Shown in pieces: positions 61,499-64,000 of a DNA stretch of 64,000 nucleotides. Position numbers and translations under genes: made by a program. The stretch is from Ramazzottius varieornatus. Its lineage: Eukaryota > Animalia > Tardigrada. The stretch lies in assembly GCA_001949185.1 (NCBI GenBank), contig BDGG01000010.1, positions 163,337 to 227,336 on the forward strand, given 5' to 3'. The notes under the pieces are model-generated. The model made no database searches, was not told the DNA's origin, and saw nothing but the letters and a program-made list of their open reading frames with translations. How positions within the stretch are numbered: the first letter of the stretch is position 1; each line of letters begins with the position of its first letter.

Positions 61499-63128
61499 CT
61501 AGCCGCGTGGTGGAACGGTACCGTTTGTCCACGCGCCTGGGTCCAGTGGGGGCAGACCATCGATTCGTCGGCATGCATTGACAATCTTTCTCGGCTGGCA
61601 AGTGTAGACATTGGGATCAGGGTTGAAGTACTGTCCGTAGGGGCATTGATGAGGTGTTGGGACCAGGCCTTTGCAGTAGGACATGCAGCAACACCAGCTG
61701 GGCGAGCAGCCGTTCATGTCGGTCAAAGCATACCCGAAGCGCTTGGTGTTCAAACAGACAGCCACACTAGCTGGGTTGTCACCACATGGTGGGTACAGGT
61801 CGACGACGACCGGCTTGCCGTCGTCCGGGTTCACGACAGGAGGTGTCGGAGCAACATCGCCGCTAGTACCGTTACCCGGCGTGATAATAACGCTTGAGCC
61901 ACCGCCAGCGAAGCTGTTACTTCCCGCTGGAGGCCAAGGTAGGTCGTATGGTGTGCCGTTGATGTAGGTCAGTTCGCGGGCTGGTGGCATATGGAAGACT
62001 AGGCGGAGTTTGATCTTCAGGGCAAAGTCGCTGTTGGTGTCGTTGTGGGTGTGGTTCTTGTTGGGGTCCGTGTTGCCGTTAGCCAAGACTAGTGTACCAT
62101 TCTCCGCCGTGGTGAAATGCAGGTGGATGGGCTCGTTGGAGTTCCAGTCGTGAGACATGGTGGCGTAGTTTTCGGCGCTCGTTGAAGTCGATCCACCCGG
62201 ATACCCAACATGGACCACGTAGTGGCCGCCTCGCTGGGACCTGCGCCAGCTGGAGAAATCCAGCTGTTTACCATCGGGAGGAGGCTTCTCCCAGTTGTAG
62301 GGCGTTTTCGTCTTTTCCATCGACAGCAATGTGTACATGTAGTCTAGGTTGAAATCGTTGCACTTGTTGCCTGCTCCGCAGGTACAGAAGTATCCTGTCA
62401 GCGCTTTGTCGAGGAACCCGCATTTGTTGTAGACGTATCCACCACACGAACGAGTTAGATTACCTGAAAGCCGACCACGGTGGATTTACAGAAAACCAGT
62501 CGGATATTCTGCTTTACTACGGACATCTTGTTACCTGTAGTTCTGTTGAGCATAACGCCACAAGATAGCGCCAGGCCTTGGTGACTGGTTGAGCAGTCAA
62601 AGACTATCTCATTCTCGACGTCATTACGGCACGACCAGGCGTAATTCTCCTGGTTACAGACGTAACACGGATTGGGTGGCAGTTTAGGAGAAGCTTTGTC
62701 AACTACTGCTGGTCCCTGCTGGCGGTGAACCAAAAACTTTCCTGGAGAACACCATAAGTTAGACTGAGTGAGACGGCTGCGGGTTCTGAGTCGATTCAGA
62801 GTGTTTACTGAGAGGGCGACAGACGATCTGCTGGTGATCGTTTCATCAAGTGGTGCAGTTTTCCTTGTCATTGTATGGACACGTACGCCACTTGGGAAGC
62901 GATCTTGAAATCCGACAGGATTTCTTTTTCACGTAGCGCACGCTTTCGGTATTATTGGCTGGAAAGGTGCGCCACTTTGTAAAACGCTCTTGTCGAGCGT
63001 GTTTGCCGGCCTCCTCCTGCAGACTTACCAGCAGAGTGATGAGCCGTCTGAGGATATTGAAAGCGTTCAGACCACGCATCGCACAACGTGGCCAGCGACA
63101 CTGCGATCAGCACGAGGGTGTTTGTCAT
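61499..63128 (-). CDS. Secreted Ly6/uPAR-domain + chitin-binding (CBM14-like) fusion protein, 3 exons
   Basis: Exons 63128-63029 (signal MTNTLVLIAVSLATLCDA), 62903-62535 (CYVC...C...DC...SC) and 62463-61499 (TRSC...C...CTC...KCN, long linker, then C...GCSPSWCCC...QCPYGQYFNP...C...C). AATAAA on the minus strand at ~61335-61346. Confidence 0.8.
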
Positions 63129-63807
63129 TCTGCCACCGAATGTCCGGTGTGATGTAGCCATACTTTGGACAGGCAAACTTGTTGGCTCGTCAGATCTGCA
63201 TGGAGCTGGTCAATAACTTTAGATACTACAAGGCCCAAGTATGTAGCAAGCCGACAAATGTTTCAAGCAGGAAGTATTTCAGCAAAGAAGAAGGGAAGGC
63301 CGCGAGAAAGCCGGCAGCTTAACCTTGACTTCACGCAAAGTACTCGTTGAAAACCTTAGTTCGACGATTCAGAAAGCAAATGTACATCTGGTCGGTTGTA
63401 GGTTTGCCTTTGAAACTCAACCTGTTGCCTAGAGCCTCTGACACACTATGGAATTCGATCTCACCACAAACATGACATATCCAAAACGGAGGGGAGAATC
63501 CAAACCAGATCGGGTATTCGTAAGTCGGCAACGAGGAATCATCGATGAGAAACGCCATCACACTTTTTTATATTTTAGCATTTCTATTTCTGCTACGGAG
63601 GTACCAAACCAGATACCGTACGTATGAGTATATCTGGGTTTTCCTAGGAATACACGAGACAATGAAAACAGATGAAAATTCACATTGCACGGGGTAGTTC
63701 GTGGGTTGTTCAGTCCCCGGTTCGAATTTATAGAAGGTAATTTGCATTGCGGAGAAAATCGAACACGTCTTTAGGCAAGCTTTCACTGCGTGGTTTCGTT
63801 GGGGCCT

Positions 63808-63965
63808 CTAGCCCGCCTGGATGACGGATTTGGCTCGTGCGTCAATCATGGAAGCCAAGCTCCAGCTGTTGCACAAACTTCCCGAACAGGCGCAGTAGTA
63901 GTCCGTGTCGCTGTAGCGAGTGCAAGCAGCATTTGGATCCGCTCCACAACTTCGCAGCAGAACAT
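63808..63965 (-). CDS. Last exon of a third Ly6/uPAR-domain gene (5' part outside the window)
   Basis: Acceptor tttttcag| at 63966, then VLLRSCGADPNAACTRYSDTDYYCACSGSLCNSWSLASMIDARAKSVIQAG*. Same phase-1 intron just before the RSC motif as in the other two LU genes. Confidence 0.8.
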
Positions 63966-64000
63966 CTGAAAAACACAGGCAAAATATACCGCACTCTTAG

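Overview
Eukaryotic (animal, invertebrate-type) genomic DNA with GT-AG introns, many only ~50-170 nt; this is compatible with a compact ecdysozoan genome such as a tardigrade, but the taxon is inference only. Host genes reconstructed by hand: a 3'-partial two-pore (K2P/TWIK) potassium channel; two intact 5-exon TRH-receptor-like class A GPCR paralogs; two homologous single-exon secreted precursor-like genes, each lying 5' of one GPCR on the same strand; a 4-exon prosaposin; and three Ly6/uPAR (three-finger) domain genes, one fused to chitin-binding domain(s). The middle of the window (about 10-48 kb) is dense in transposons: two full-length degenerate hAT elements with TIRs and 8-bp TSDs, a P-element-type transposase relic preceded by an SGNH-hydrolase-like domain, a nearly intact mariner, a CRE-type non-LTR retrotransposon and several MITEs. 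The strongest novelty candidate is the duplicated [peptide precursor + TRHR-like GPCR] arrangement, with a conserved, unrecognised peptide core (DGPxRxK[K/R]-YFxxxLRxP). Other candidates are the LU-CBM14 fusion with a probable alternative terminal exon, recurring GAATTC-centred palindromes inside both hAT transposase genes, and a spliced antisense passenger gene in one hAT. No database searches were run; family calls rest on motif recognition.
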